Positions 18,611 to 27,270 of a DNA stretch of 64,000 nt are shown in pieces. Position 1 is the first letter of the stretch. Each line of letters begins with the position of its first letter. Origin of the DNA: a virus. The DNA lies in the IMG/VR virus record IMGVR_UViG_3300020186_000396, positions 36,669-100,668 of that record, one strand, 5' to 3'. Made by a program: the position numbers and the translations under genes. The notes beneath the pieces are model-generated. The model was not told the origin of the DNA. It made no database searches and saw nothing but the letters and a program-made list of their open reading frames with translations.

Positions 18611-19005
18611 GGTGCCATTGCCGTTTTAGTTTGTGTTACGAGATACTGGTAATTATCTGACAGTTCCTCAAACAGTCGCCATTTGCGACTGATGAGTGTG
18701 TAGCATCGATAATAAGAAGATCTCGCTAACGTGTGATAATAGTCTTCAGACGCCCCATTCAGGGAGGCGGGGAACATGCTTTCTGAAAAGAAAAGCCAGT
18801 CCCCTATGTTCTGGAAGCCCGAGAAGTCCTGACGCTCCCTCGCTTCGGCGTAGAGGAGCGTCACGCTTTCTTGTGAAAAGTCAAACTCGGCAGACGTGTA
18901 TCTTTTAAAGATGCTCGTAATATAGGCTTTCGTGTCGTTCTGGCACGAAACGGTCTCTAGTTTTTGGTTAAGAAAGTCTAATAGATTTATTTTTGTAATG
19001 AGCAT
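18574..19005 (-). CDS. Conserved hypothetical protein of bacterial type
   Basis: QNIGDWLFF..FPASL..DYY..ARSSY..LFEELSDNY, a pattern recalled from bacterial hypothetical proteins. Confidence 0.6.
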   Translation of the reverse strand: MLITKINLLDFLNQKLETVSCQNDTKAYITSIFKRYTSAEFDFSQESVTLLYAEARERQDFSGFQNIGDWLFFSESMFPASLNGASEDYYHTLARSSYYRCYTLISRKWRLFEELSDNYQYLVTQTKTAMAPQSLGLIPPLAL

Positions 19006-19089
19006 GGCGTAAGTTGTCGAGTAGGAAATTGTGGGAGCCAGCTTTATCGTTCGACATTAATATACATTAATAATGCAAGGACCAACGCT

Positions 19090-20829
19090 ATGAAAACTTT
19101 AGTAATTGTGGAATCGCCAGCAAAAGGTAAAACGATTTCCAAATACCTCGGCCCTGATTATACAGTCATCGCTTGTTATGGTCACGTCGTTGACCTTGCT
19201 AAAGGTGGGAAGTTCGGTATCGGTGTAGATTTACTAAATAATCTAGCTCCTCGATACATGATTATGGATGATAAGAAAGAAGTTTTCGACAAGATCGTTA
19301 ACGCTAGTGAGACATGCGATCAGATTTATCTCGCATCCGACCCTGATCGTGAAGGTGAAGCTATTGCTCAGCATTTGTTCACGCGTTTGGCGTCGACTGG
19401 AAAACCAATTAAGCGTATTGCATTCCATGAAATAACAAAGACCGAAATCCTTAAAGCCGTTGCAGCGCCACGTGACATCGATTTGAAATTGTTTAAGGCA
19501 CAGCAGGCTCGCCGCATTCTTGATCGCCTCGTTGGATTTATGGTGTCGCCATTTTTGATGAACGTGTTCGGTCAGACCATGTCAGCCGGGCGAGTTCAAT
19601 CAGTAGCGGTTCGCATGATTGCCGATCGTGAAATCGCAATAAAGAATTTCGTGCCGGTTGAGTTTTGGAATGTATTTGCAGACCTGACCACACCAGCTGG
19701 CGAAAAGATGCGCGTCAAGTATGCCACGGCATTAGGTAACAAGGCCGATACCGATGCGGTCCTGGCAAAGCTTACAGGGCATCCGTTTGTGGTCAGCGCT
19801 GTCATTCGCAAGCCTAAGAAGGAAAGTCCACCGCCACCGCTGACAACCCTAATGATGCAACAGATCATGTCTAAGAAACATGGGTTCAGCGCCGAACAAA
19901 CGATGCAGGCTGCACAAGCGTGTTATGAAAGCGGGTATACGACTTACATTAGAACCGACTCTGTTAGACTCGGCGACGATGCTGTAAAATCCATTCGACA
20001 ATACATCAAAACAACCGGATACTCGCTACCAGCCAAGGCTATAGTTTATGAGTGCAAGACTACCGCCGCTGACAGCCATGAAGCTATTCGTTGTACGAAC
20101 GTCAACACTGATCCGGCAACGTGCATGCTTACCGGTAACGATAAAATTCTGTACGACGTAATCTGGAGATATTCCGTGGCTTGCCAAATGGAACAGGCCG
20201 TGTTCGATACGATGGAAGTACAAGTTACTTGTAATGGCGAACTGTTTAAGATTACTGGTAAAACACTTTCTACTAAAGGATTTTTCGAAGTCCTAGGCCT
20301 TCCTCCGAAGGATAAGTTCGATATTCCTAACCTTAATAAAGGCGATTCATTTACCTTGAATAAGGTCGTGCCAGAACAAAAAGCAACTCAGCATCCGCCT
20401 CGTTTTACAGAAGCTAACTTGATCAAAGAGCTTGATGCAAGACAGATCGGCCGCTCATCTACGATGGCAACTATTCTGAAAAACATCAACGCTCGCAATT
20501 ACGTTGTCAAGAATGGTAATACGTATCATCCGACCGACCTAGGACTTCAAGTAACGGCAATGCTAAACAAATCGTTTGGATTTGTTAATTTTGATTACTC
20601 AGCCGCTATGGAAGCTAATCTTGATAAGATTGCGGCCGGTGAAGCCGATTACGATACTGTTATGACTGAGTTCTTTTCTTTATTCTCTAAAGAATTGAAG
20701 TCAGCAATAAACGGCGAGAATAAGATATGTTGTGAACGGTGTAATGGAATAATGGTAGAGCGTGATGGTTCTCGCGGTAAATTCCTATCATGTGCAGGTT
20801 GCAGAAACAGTCAGAACATTGCGGCGTGA
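19090..20829 (+). CDS. topA: DNA topoisomerase IA
   Basis: LVIVESPAK, ASDPDREGEAI, SAGRVQS, TYIRTDS (catalytic Tyr), HEAIR. Confidence 0.97.
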   Translation: MKTLVIVESPAKGKTISKYLGPDYTVIACYGHVVDLAKGGKFGIGVDLLNNLAPRYMIMDDKKEVFDKIVNASETCDQIYLASDPDREGEAIAQHLFTRLASTGKPIKRIAFHEITKTEILKAVAAPRDIDLKLFKAQQARRILDRLVGFMVSPFLMNVFGQTMSAGRVQSVAVRMIADREIAIKNFVPVEFWNVFADLTTPAGEKMRVKYATALGNKADTDAVLAKLTGHPFVVSAVIRKPKKESPPPPLTTLMMQQIMSKKHGFSAEQTMQAAQACYESGYTTYIRTDSVRLGDDAVKSIRQYIKTTGYSLPAKAIVYECKTTAADSHEAIRCTNVNTDPATCMLTGNDKILYDVIWRYSVACQMEQAVFDTMEVQVTCNGELFKITGKTLSTKGFFEVLGLPPKDKFDIPNLNKGDSFTLNKVVPEQKATQHPPRFTEANLIKELDARQIGRSSTMATILKNINARNYVVKNGNTYHPTDLGLQVTAMLNKSFGFVNFDYSAAMEANLDKIAAGEADYDTVMTEFFSLFSKELKSAINGENKICCERCNGIMVERDGSRGKFLSCAGCRNSQNIAA

Positions 20830-20864
20830 CGATATAGATCATCCTGTAAGGATGGGTATGTAAG

Positions 20865-21491
20865 ATGAGTAATATTCGTATGAAAAAGCCCACTATGGAA
20901 GAGCTAGATAAACAGGAGAGTTTAACGCCTGAACGGCTAAAAAGCCTAACTAGTACCGCTGTAGTGGCAGTACGCGTCGCCGGTCCATTTTCTGCGGAGG
21001 TAACTCCGCAACCTAAGTCAGGAATCGCTGCATTAGTAAACTGGACGCATGATAATTTTGCGTATACGTACCTTCAACACGTTGATAAAAATATCAAGCT
21101 GATCAATAACAGAATTGTTATTGATGGGCAGTTTATGCACTTCTGTGATATCAAGAAATTAAAAGTAGAATGTATTCATACAGATGCTCTTATCTCTTGG
21201 CGGTCAGAAACTGGTGTTGAAAAATTCCTAGCTCAGGGTGTTTTTAAAATTTCAGCTAAAGGCTTTTCTTTCTTACATGGAGCACTGTTTAATAACGGAG
21301 TTCAGACAGAAGAAGAAGAAGTGTTTCATTTCGTCATTGTTAATGAACGTGACATGTATAAGTATTTGAAATTACGAAACGATTTTGACAGCTGGATAAA
21401 GGAGAGAGAGGGACTTCAGGAGAAGTCTGCTAATGGGAGCATGAGGAAGATTGCAGGTCTAGATCGTTACGCCGCAAAAATAAAAAAATAG
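20865..21491 (+). CDS. Hypothetical protein
   Basis: 208-aa ORF. Confidence 0.6.
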   Translation: MSNIRMKKPTMEELDKQESLTPERLKSLTSTAVVAVRVAGPFSAEVTPQPKSGIAALVNWTHDNFAYTYLQHVDKNIKLINNRIVIDGQFMHFCDIKKLKVECIHTDALISWRSETGVEKFLAQGVFKISAKGFSFLHGALFNNGVQTEEEEVFHFVIVNERDMYKYLKLRNDFDSWIKEREGLQEKSANGSMRKIAGLDRYAAKIKK

Positions 21492-21549
21492 CGGCTGATA
21501 TAGATCAGTGTGGGTGCTCATTGAGCATTGAACGAGGTTATTGTTACGT

Positions 21550-21912
21550 ATGAAAAATAATAATAGGCAAAACGGCAGAAACAACAAATATAACCCGAAG
21601 GGAGGTGAAATTATTGCGAACTCGTCACGCAGCTATCCGACAGACGCTGTCCAAGCAATCCCGTTAGAGGTAACGGTATACAACAACTTTGACAAAGCGT
21701 TTAGAGCTTTTCGTGCTCTTGTCCAGAAAGAGAGGATTCTTTCTCTCTACAAGGAGAAGCAGTCGTTCGAGAAGCGTTCGGATAAACGCCGCAGGAAGCG
21801 CAATGAAATGCGCCGTAAGATGTTTGAGATCGAAATGAAACAAAACCGCCCGGCCGAAGAGCGAAAGCCCCGTAAGCGTGACGGTGAGACAGAAGAAGAA
21901 ACGGTAAGATAA
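21550..21912 (+). CDS. rpsU: Phage-encoded ribosomal protein bS21 homologue with extensions
   Basis: EVTVYNNFDKAFRAFRALVQKERILSLYKEKQSFEKRSDKRRRK. Confidence 0.8.
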   Translation: MKNNNRQNGRNNKYNPKGGEIIANSSRSYPTDAVQAIPLEVTVYNNFDKAFRAFRALVQKERILSLYKEKQSFEKRSDKRRRKRNEMRRKMFEIEMKQNRPAEERKPRKRDGETEEETVR

Positions 21913-21913
21913 T

Positions 21914-22402
21914 ATGGTTCAGCGCGTCAGAAATCCAAATCGAAATTTACCACGGCCTCAAGTTCCGTATATCCCGGAATACCGTCGCCATGGCGTGCGC
22001 CCTGTGCCGATTGATGAGCAAGGGCGTGTCGACGAAGAACAATTGGAATATGACGATGAGCCTGCCTCGTTCCGAGGCGGGCTCCCGCTGAGCGTTGGTG
22101 ATCATAATGAAGCATCTTTTTTGGTTGATGGAAATAATGAATCTGAGTACGAAGTACCAGAGCCGGTCCCTCAGCGCCAACGTGGACCTAGACAATCTCA
22201 TTCACGAAATTCTCCAAAGACACCGGGCCAAATAGCCCCAGGTGAATATCTTTTACTAGTGAACGGACAAGTCGTCGGTTCTGGTTCAGAAGAACACGTG
22301 AAGAAAGCCGTTACATCTCTGATTTATAATCAATCGCTGAATCCTAGTGACATGATTGTATTGAAGCGCATGGAGGTTGATTTTGGTGTCACCCTCAAAT
22401 AA
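21914..22402 (+). CDS. Hypothetical protein
   Basis: 162-aa ORF. Confidence 0.6.
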   Translation: MVQRVRNPNRNLPRPQVPYIPEYRRHGVRPVPIDEQGRVDEEQLEYDDEPASFRGGLPLSVGDHNEASFLVDGNNESEYEVPEPVPQRQRGPRQSHSRNSPKTPGQIAPGEYLLLVNGQVVGSGSEEHVKKAVTSLIYNQSLNPSDMIVLKRMEVDFGVTLK

Positions 22403-23045
22403 TTGTATCTGCGCAAACGATCCTAATCAAGGTATGGTTGAGGGCTGCCCTCAGCACGACCCGCCAGCAGTTCCTACTCGTAAAGCTTCTGACGTTATAT
22501 TGTCAATCGAGCGTCGATTCGACGTTCTGCTGCAAACAGCGACTAATTCGGACAACAATACCAAACTTCTTCTTGGTAGAATGAATCGGATTTGCTCGTT
22601 ATTGGAAAGCATTGATACCCAATTAAAGTTGGGTAACGGAGCAGAGCCAGAACCTGAAATAGATCATCTTTCATATCTTCCAGAAATCGAAGTAGAAACG
22701 TCTCCTAAGGGTTATCGCCGAACAGCCAGGCCAGAGACATATTCTGATGAAAAGTCAGCTAGGGTCATACCAACCCAACAGAAGATATTTGATCCGAGCG
22801 GTAAGTCTGTGTATATGGCAGAAGTTGAAATTTTCAATGCCGCAGATCGCTCTTTAGTAACAAAGTTGCGATCTACTGCTGGGGGTAAATGGCAATTACC
22901 GTTAGCTCCAGGCGATTATATTGTTACGATTTTGAAACGTCCAAACGGGACTCGTAATAAGATGACTTATTCGAATAATTTTTCCGTAAAAGAAACGGAC
23001 GGACCTATAGAACTAGAGTCAGCCAAATTAGAGCTTGAAAAATGA
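22377..23045 (+). CDS. Hypothetical protein with C-terminal carboxypeptidase-regulatory-like beta domain
   Basis: DPSGKSVYMAEVEI..STAGGKW..LAPGDYIVT; start uncertain. Confidence 0.55.
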   Translation: MILVSPSNNCICANDPNQGMVEGCPQHDPPAVPTRKASDVILSIERRFDVLLQTATNSDNNTKLLLGRMNRICSLLESIDTQLKLGNGAEPEPEIDHLSYLPEIEVETSPKGYRRTARPETYSDEKSARVIPTQQKIFDPSGKSVYMAEVEIFNAADRSLVTKLRSTAGGKWQLPLAPGDYIVTILKRPNGTRNKMTYSNNFSVKETDGPIELESAKLELEK

Positions 23046-23371
23046 CAGACGGTTACGGCTCTAGGGAATTATTGGATTTAGTTATTGAGCAAACGAAAAT
23101 TGTTCAGAGACTGTCTGATATTAATGAAGAGATTAGTAATTTGCCAAAGATTCCTAAAGACATGGGATCATGGATGGACTCTCTCCCCGATTTGGATGCT
23201 CCAGCTAGTGAACGATTCAAAATTACGGATTTGAAAAAGCTTACTAAGCTGACCAAAGAATATAATAAGTTAAAGCTCAAGGAAGAAAGCAATACTACAA
23301 AGCTGCGTTTGGCCCTCATAGATAACGCGCTGCTTACGACAAACGAGTGCCTTAAGGATAAAGATGTCTAA
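23042..23371 (+). CDS. Hypothetical protein
   Basis: Coupled 109-aa ORF. Confidence 0.55.
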   Translation: MTDGYGSRELLDLVIEQTKIVQRLSDINEEISNLPKIPKDMGSWMDSLPDLDAPASERFKITDLKKLTKLTKEYNKLKLKEESNTTKLRLALIDNALLTTNECLKDKDV

Positions 23372-24068
23372 GTTTCAAGTTATAGTTGCGGACTGTCCGT
23401 GGGAATTAAATGATTCGTTGACGATGTCAACGACCCCACGAGGGGCATCTTCTAATTATCCATTGCTAGATACCACGGAACTTTGCAAGCTTAGAGTTAA
23501 AGATTTATCTGATCCTAGTGGGTGCGTTTTAGTTTTGTGGTCTCTCGGCTCGATGCTGGAAGATGCAATGAAGGTTATGAAGTCGTGGGGTTTTACGCAG
23601 AAACAAATTTTTGTTTGGGTAAAGACCAAGAAACAGCCGCTTCAAAGTTTGAAAAAGAATTTGCGAAAAAGCAAAAAGCTTACCGGTGCTGAAGTTATCA
23701 GTAATGTTCAAAAAGAAATAGACGCATTCAATGTAAATGACGTGCTGGCCTTTGGGATGGGTCGCCTATTTAGACAGACACACGAGATATGTTTAATCGG
23801 TATCAACTCGACTAAGATTTACAAATCATTAAAGAACAAGTCGCAACGATCGGTAGCGTTTCATCCAAGTACAAAGCATTCGAAAAAGCCGGAAGATCTT
23901 CAAGACTATCTTGAAACGATGTTTCCAAATACAACGAAGCTAGAAATGTTTGGACGTAGATTGCGCCCTAACTGGACCGTTGTAGGTAATGAAGTATGCA
24001 AGGGCGAGGATATAAGAGATTCTATAGAAAGACTCATAAAATCTAATGTACCAGGCGTTACTACTTAA
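23364..24068 (+). CDS. MT-A70 family adenine methyltransferase
   Basis: VIVADCPW (variant of DPPW), WGF, FVWVKT, HEICLIG, HSKKP, KLEMFGR..WT.VGNE. Confidence 0.85.
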   Translation: MSKFQVIVADCPWELNDSLTMSTTPRGASSNYPLLDTTELCKLRVKDLSDPSGCVLVLWSLGSMLEDAMKVMKSWGFTQKQIFVWVKTKKQPLQSLKKNLRKSKKLTGAEVISNVQKEIDAFNVNDVLAFGMGRLFRQTHEICLIGINSTKIYKSLKNKSQRSVAFHPSTKHSKKPEDLQDYLETMFPNTTKLEMFGRRLRPNWTVVGNEVCKGEDIRDSIERLIKSNVPGVTT

Positions 24069-24555
24069 TCTAAACTATCAAGTTTTAGAAATCATTCCTG
24101 AACGAAGAGCTATTAAACTTTATATCAAAGATAAGGTGGAAGTTTTGTCTGTTTGGGATGACCAATATAGTTATTTATCTTCAAAGACTAACTATCCAGC
24201 AGTGTTGCGTTTACGTTATCTTATAAAACGTCCAATCAAAGAACTTGCGTTCAGTCGTTATGCCGTGTTCCGAAGAGACAGTTACATATGTCAGTATTGT
24301 GAAACTGGATTGACTTTACGCGATATTACGATCGATCACATTACCCCGCGTACCGCAGGGGGAAAAACTACCTTTATAAATTGTGTTGCATCTTGCTATC
24401 CGTGCAATAACAAGAAAGGTGGTCGAACGCCAGAACAGGCAGGAATGAAACTTCGTCAGAAACCATTCGTACCTACTTCTAATGTTCAGGGAGCGGATAG
24501 TTTTAACCAAACATTATGGCATGACTCTTGGCAGTTTTATCTTCAAAACCGCTAA
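24046..24555 (+). CDS. HNH endonuclease (McrA-like)
   Basis: RDSYICQYC..TIDHITPR.AGG..NCVASCYPCNNKKGGRTPEQAGM. Confidence 0.9.
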   Translation: MYQALLLNLNYQVLEIIPERRAIKLYIKDKVEVLSVWDDQYSYLSSKTNYPAVLRLRYLIKRPIKELAFSRYAVFRRDSYICQYCETGLTLRDITIDHITPRTAGGKTTFINCVASCYPCNNKKGGRTPEQAGMKLRQKPFVPTSNVQGADSFNQTLWHDSWQFYLQNR

Positions 24556-24607
24556 TAGTTTGCTATATAAGATCTAGTCGTAATTGACTGCGAAGGAGAT
24601 GATTCAC

Positions 24608-24694
24608 ATGGCGAGTAAAAAGAAACCAGCGAAGAAGCCAGCGAAGGCACCTGCAAAGGCACCTAAGAAGGCTCCCGCTAAGAAAAAGAAGTAA
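24608..24694 (+). CDS. 28-aa Lys/Pro/Ala histone-H1-tail-like peptide
   Basis: MASKKKPAKKPAKAPAKAPKKAPAKKKK with an AAGGAG SD and its own terminator. Confidence 0.7.
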   Translation: MASKKKPAKKPAKAPAKAPKKAPAKKKK

Positions 24695-24714
24695 GTTCGC
24701 AGGAACAAACTTAA

Positions 24715-24742
24715 GAAAAACGCGGCGTAAGCCGCGTTTTTC
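24715..24742. terminator. Bidirectional intrinsic terminator
   Basis: GAAAAACGCGGC-GTAA-GCCGCGTTTTTC. Confidence 0.85.
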
Positions 24743-24785
24743 GTTTGGAGAATGAAATGTTTAATGATCCTGATCGATTGATTAT

Positions 24786-24829
24786 CATTCTCCAAAAAGA
24801 ATACCCCTCCCTTTAGGGAAGGGATGAAT
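24786..24829 (+). mobile_element. Isolated IS200/IS605 left end
   Basis: TTAT|CATTCTCCAAAAAGAATACCCCTCCCTTTAGGGAAGGGATGAAT, same as copies B and C; no right end. Confidence 0.75.
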
Positions 24830-24860
24830 GTTTAATTCGTGCTGGTGTGGCTGGAAACAA

Positions 24861-25010
24861 TCAGAATAACTCGATTATTATGACGCCACGCTCTTCTTTT
24901 TCTTCAATCTTTGGTGCGAATGATGGAGGTGGTTGCGGTAGGTCAATGTAAAGTGGGAGTGGTTCTGGCTGAACTTCTTTAACTTTAGGTTTGATCCAAA
25001 ATGGTAGCAT
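24861..25010 (-). CDS. Small Pro-rich protein (49 aa)
   Basis: GGAGG SD; MLPFWIKPKVKEVQPEPLPLYIDLPQPPP...EERGVIIIELF, hand-translated. Confidence 0.65.
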   Translation of the reverse strand: MLPFWIKPKVKEVQPEPLPLYIDLPQPPPSFAPKIEEKEERGVIIIELF

Positions 25011-25045
25011 CGTAGCCTCCTATAGGTATTAGATAATATTGATTT

Positions 25046-25249
25046 ATGTTGTGCAAATCTTGTGAAAAACTAGGATTCAGAGAACGTCAATTGCCATGCA
25101 AAATGTGCAAAGGAACTGTGCAGTTCAACCTCTATAAGGTATGTGCTCAATGTTCGGAGCGCAAGAAGATTTGTGCCGTGTGTTTGAAAAAGATGACGAG
25201 AGCCCTAATACCCTCAGACCCAAATGGGTGCCCAAGTTGTGGTGGGTGA
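25046..25249 (+). CDS. Small multi-CxxC zinc-finger protein
   Basis: Five CxxC motifs in 67 aa. Confidence 0.6.
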   Translation: MLCKSCEKLGFRERQLPCKMCKGTVQFNLYKVCAQCSERKKICAVCLKKMTRALIPSDPNGCPSCGG

Positions 25250-25262
25250 TATATTGGATTAG

Positions 25263-25781
25263 ATGCTGATAACAAACGACGAGAATGCTCTACGCGTTGA
25301 TTGTACTGATGTTCAGCCAGAAGAGCTGGCATCAATCAAAGAGGCGTTAGAACGCGAACTGGAGCGATGTGAACGACTCGGAAGGCCAGGCGTCGGGTTA
25401 GCTGCACCGCAGATCGGGATCGCTAAAAAAATGGCTATCGTTAGAGTCGGTAACGTATCAATAGATCTAGTGAATGCCAGGATTGTGAACGGTTACGATC
25501 CACAGACGTTTACCGATGAAGGGTGTCTATCTTTTCCTGGTCGTGTGGAAAATACAACTAGGTTTCAGGAAATACACGTTTCTAACAATTTAGTTTATCC
25601 TGAAGGGTTTGTAGCGACGGGATTGATTGCGGTTGTGTGTCAACACGAATTGGATCATTTGAATTCTAAACTGTTTTTTGACTATGCAATTCCGAAGAAG
25701 CCAAAGGTTGAAAAGGTAGGCCCCAACGAGCAATGCCCTTGTAAATCGGGCCGTAAATACAAGAAATGTTGTGCGAGGTAA
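25263..25781 (+). CDS. def: Peptide deformylase with C-terminal SEC-C motif
   Basis: GVGLAAPQIG, EGCLS, QHELDH; tail KVGPNEQCPCKSGRKYKKCC. Confidence 0.93.
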   Translation: MLITNDENALRVDCTDVQPEELASIKEALERELERCERLGRPGVGLAAPQIGIAKKMAIVRVGNVSIDLVNARIVNGYDPQTFTDEGCLSFPGRVENTTRFQEIHVSNNLVYPEGFVATGLIAVVCQHELDHLNSKLFFDYAIPKKPKVEKVGPNEQCPCKSGRKYKKCCAR

Positions 25782-25792
25782 TATGAAAAAAA

Positions 25793-26002
25793 ATGGGTGG
25801 CGACGCAACTAACCTTCTAATCGTAGAACTTACACTTCGTATATCGGCTATTAAATCTCTTATGGTAAAGAAGGGTATTTTTACTGAATCTGAATTCGAT
25901 GCCGAGATTGATGAAATACAACTAAAAATTAAGGACATGTTTACTGGCTCTGAAAGCCTCACGTCGGAGTTTCCGACCAAAAACAAACCACCATCTAACT
26001 GA
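25793..26002 (+). CDS. Hypothetical protein
   Basis: 69-aa ORF with LMVKKGIFTESEF. Confidence 0.55.
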   Translation: MGGDATNLLIVELTLRISAIKSLMVKKGIFTESEFDAEIDEIQLKIKDMFTGSESLTSEFPTKNKPPSN

Positions 26003-26346
26003 TGATATCTATACTGGACGAATTAGATCTAAGGGATGTGCCTAACAATCACGTATTGTATTTTTATGCTAACTGGGTTCCTAAATCTATAGCTGGTCAT
26101 ATGCACCGTATGGCGGCAAAGGCAGAAGAATTTGGAGTTCCGGTCTATGCAATAGATGTTGAAGCATTCAAATCACAGGTTAAAAAGAACGATGTTATAC
26201 GCGTCCCTACGCTTCTATTTTTTGTTGACGGATCTCTATCAAAGAAAATAGAAGGTTATATATTAACAGCAACGTACAAAGCTGTATTACGAGAATTGTA
26301 CAAAAAAGAAATTGAAGGATTAGATGAAAAAAGAAGAAGCAGTTAA
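26002..26346 (+). CDS. Thioredoxin-fold protein lacking CxxC
   Basis: LYFYANWVPKS..IDVE..VPTLLFFVDG..IEG; the protein has no Cys. Confidence 0.75.
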   Translation: MISILDELDLRDVPNNHVLYFYANWVPKSIAGHMHRMAAKAEEFGVPVYAIDVEAFKSQVKKNDVIRVPTLLFFVDGSLSKKIEGYILTATYKAVLRELYKKEIEGLDEKRRSS

Positions 26347-26587
26347 GCAGCCGCCGAGTGTAAGTGACCAAATTTGGGCAGAAATTCGAGGAGTTGAAGC
26401 ACCAATGTATGCGCTTCCAGCTAAAACAGTTGAGACGTTTTGTACCCGTCTTGATGTAGAGCCTTCTAAGGTGTATCTGAAACTTAATGCCCCAGCATTA
26501 CTTCCAATGCTAGAGCAACTTTTTGCCAACAAGTACGATATTCAAATGGGAAAAATGTACTGCGAAATTTCACGCAAAGAGGAATAA
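26324..26587 (+). CDS. Hypothetical protein
   Basis: 87-aa ORF with GAAGGA SD. Confidence 0.55.
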   Translation: MKKEEAVKQPPSVSDQIWAEIRGVEAPMYALPAKTVETFCTRLDVEPSKVYLKLNAPALLPMLEQLFANKYDIQMGKMYCEISRKEE

Positions 26588-26588
26588 G

Positions 26589-27089
26589 ATGGCGATTAAG
26601 CCTAAGCCGAAAACTCCGGCACCATTTGGTGACGACGAGGACGATATTGAAGACGAGCCAAGTACTAATCGGATAAAAATTAAAGGTAAAGAAGTACAAA
26701 GCCCTTTACGTCAGTCTCAAGAATTTCAGGGAGCCGCCGCTGAGGCGCATGAGCGTTCTATGGAATACAAAAATCGAGCCTATACATTGGGTAAGAATTT
26801 CATAGAATTGATTACGGATAAGACGCTCATCGAGAATAAAGGCTCGATTGCTCTGCATGCAGAGAATCAAGTTGTAAGCGACTTGGCTAAACTTGCCATC
26901 GATATGAACAACGATGAAACCCAGGATGAGGGAATGGGCTCGATCGGGCTGCTGGTCTTGATGTTTAAGACAGCACTTTCACAAAGAAACAGGATAAATG
27001 CGTTAGAGTATAAACTCCAAAAGCTGGAGAAAAATCCCTCAAGTGTACAGAGTCGAGATCCAGAAGTTGTAACTTCTCCTCAGAAATGA
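26589..27089 (+). CDS. Hypothetical protein
   Basis: GAGGA SD and ATG at 26589. Confidence 0.6.
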   Translation: MAIKPKPKTPAPFGDDEDDIEDEPSTNRIKIKGKEVQSPLRQSQEFQGAAAEAHERSMEYKNRAYTLGKNFIELITDKTLIENKGSIALHAENQVVSDLAKLAIDMNNDETQDEGMGSIGLLVLMFKTALSQRNRINALEYKLQKLEKNPSSVQSRDPEVVTSPQK

Positions 27090-27099
27090 TTCTTTCGAT

Positions 27100-27270
27100 A
27101 TGAAGACCGTAACGCGCGAGCAAGTTTTGGTTCTTCTGACTGAAGAATTGGAAAAATGGAACGAGTACTCAACACTATGCAGCCACTTCCTGATAGCACC
27201 GGATCCGATAGCGGCAGCCAGACACCGGGGGAAGGTGGAGGTTTTTCGGACCCTACTGGGCGAAAAGTAG
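27100..27270 (+). CDS. Small hypothetical protein (56 aa) overlapping the primase zinc-finger gene
   Basis: MKTVTREQVLVLLTEELEKWNEY...LLGEK, hand-translated. Confidence 0.45.
   Translation: MKTVTREQVLVLLTEELEKWNEYSTLCSHFLIAPDPIAAARHRGKVEVFRTLLGEK

Noticed and set aside
24604-24795. Minus-strand hydrophobic 63-aa ORF
   Set aside because: It is the antisense shadow of the Lys-rich peptide gene and terminator; the plus strand has the SD.
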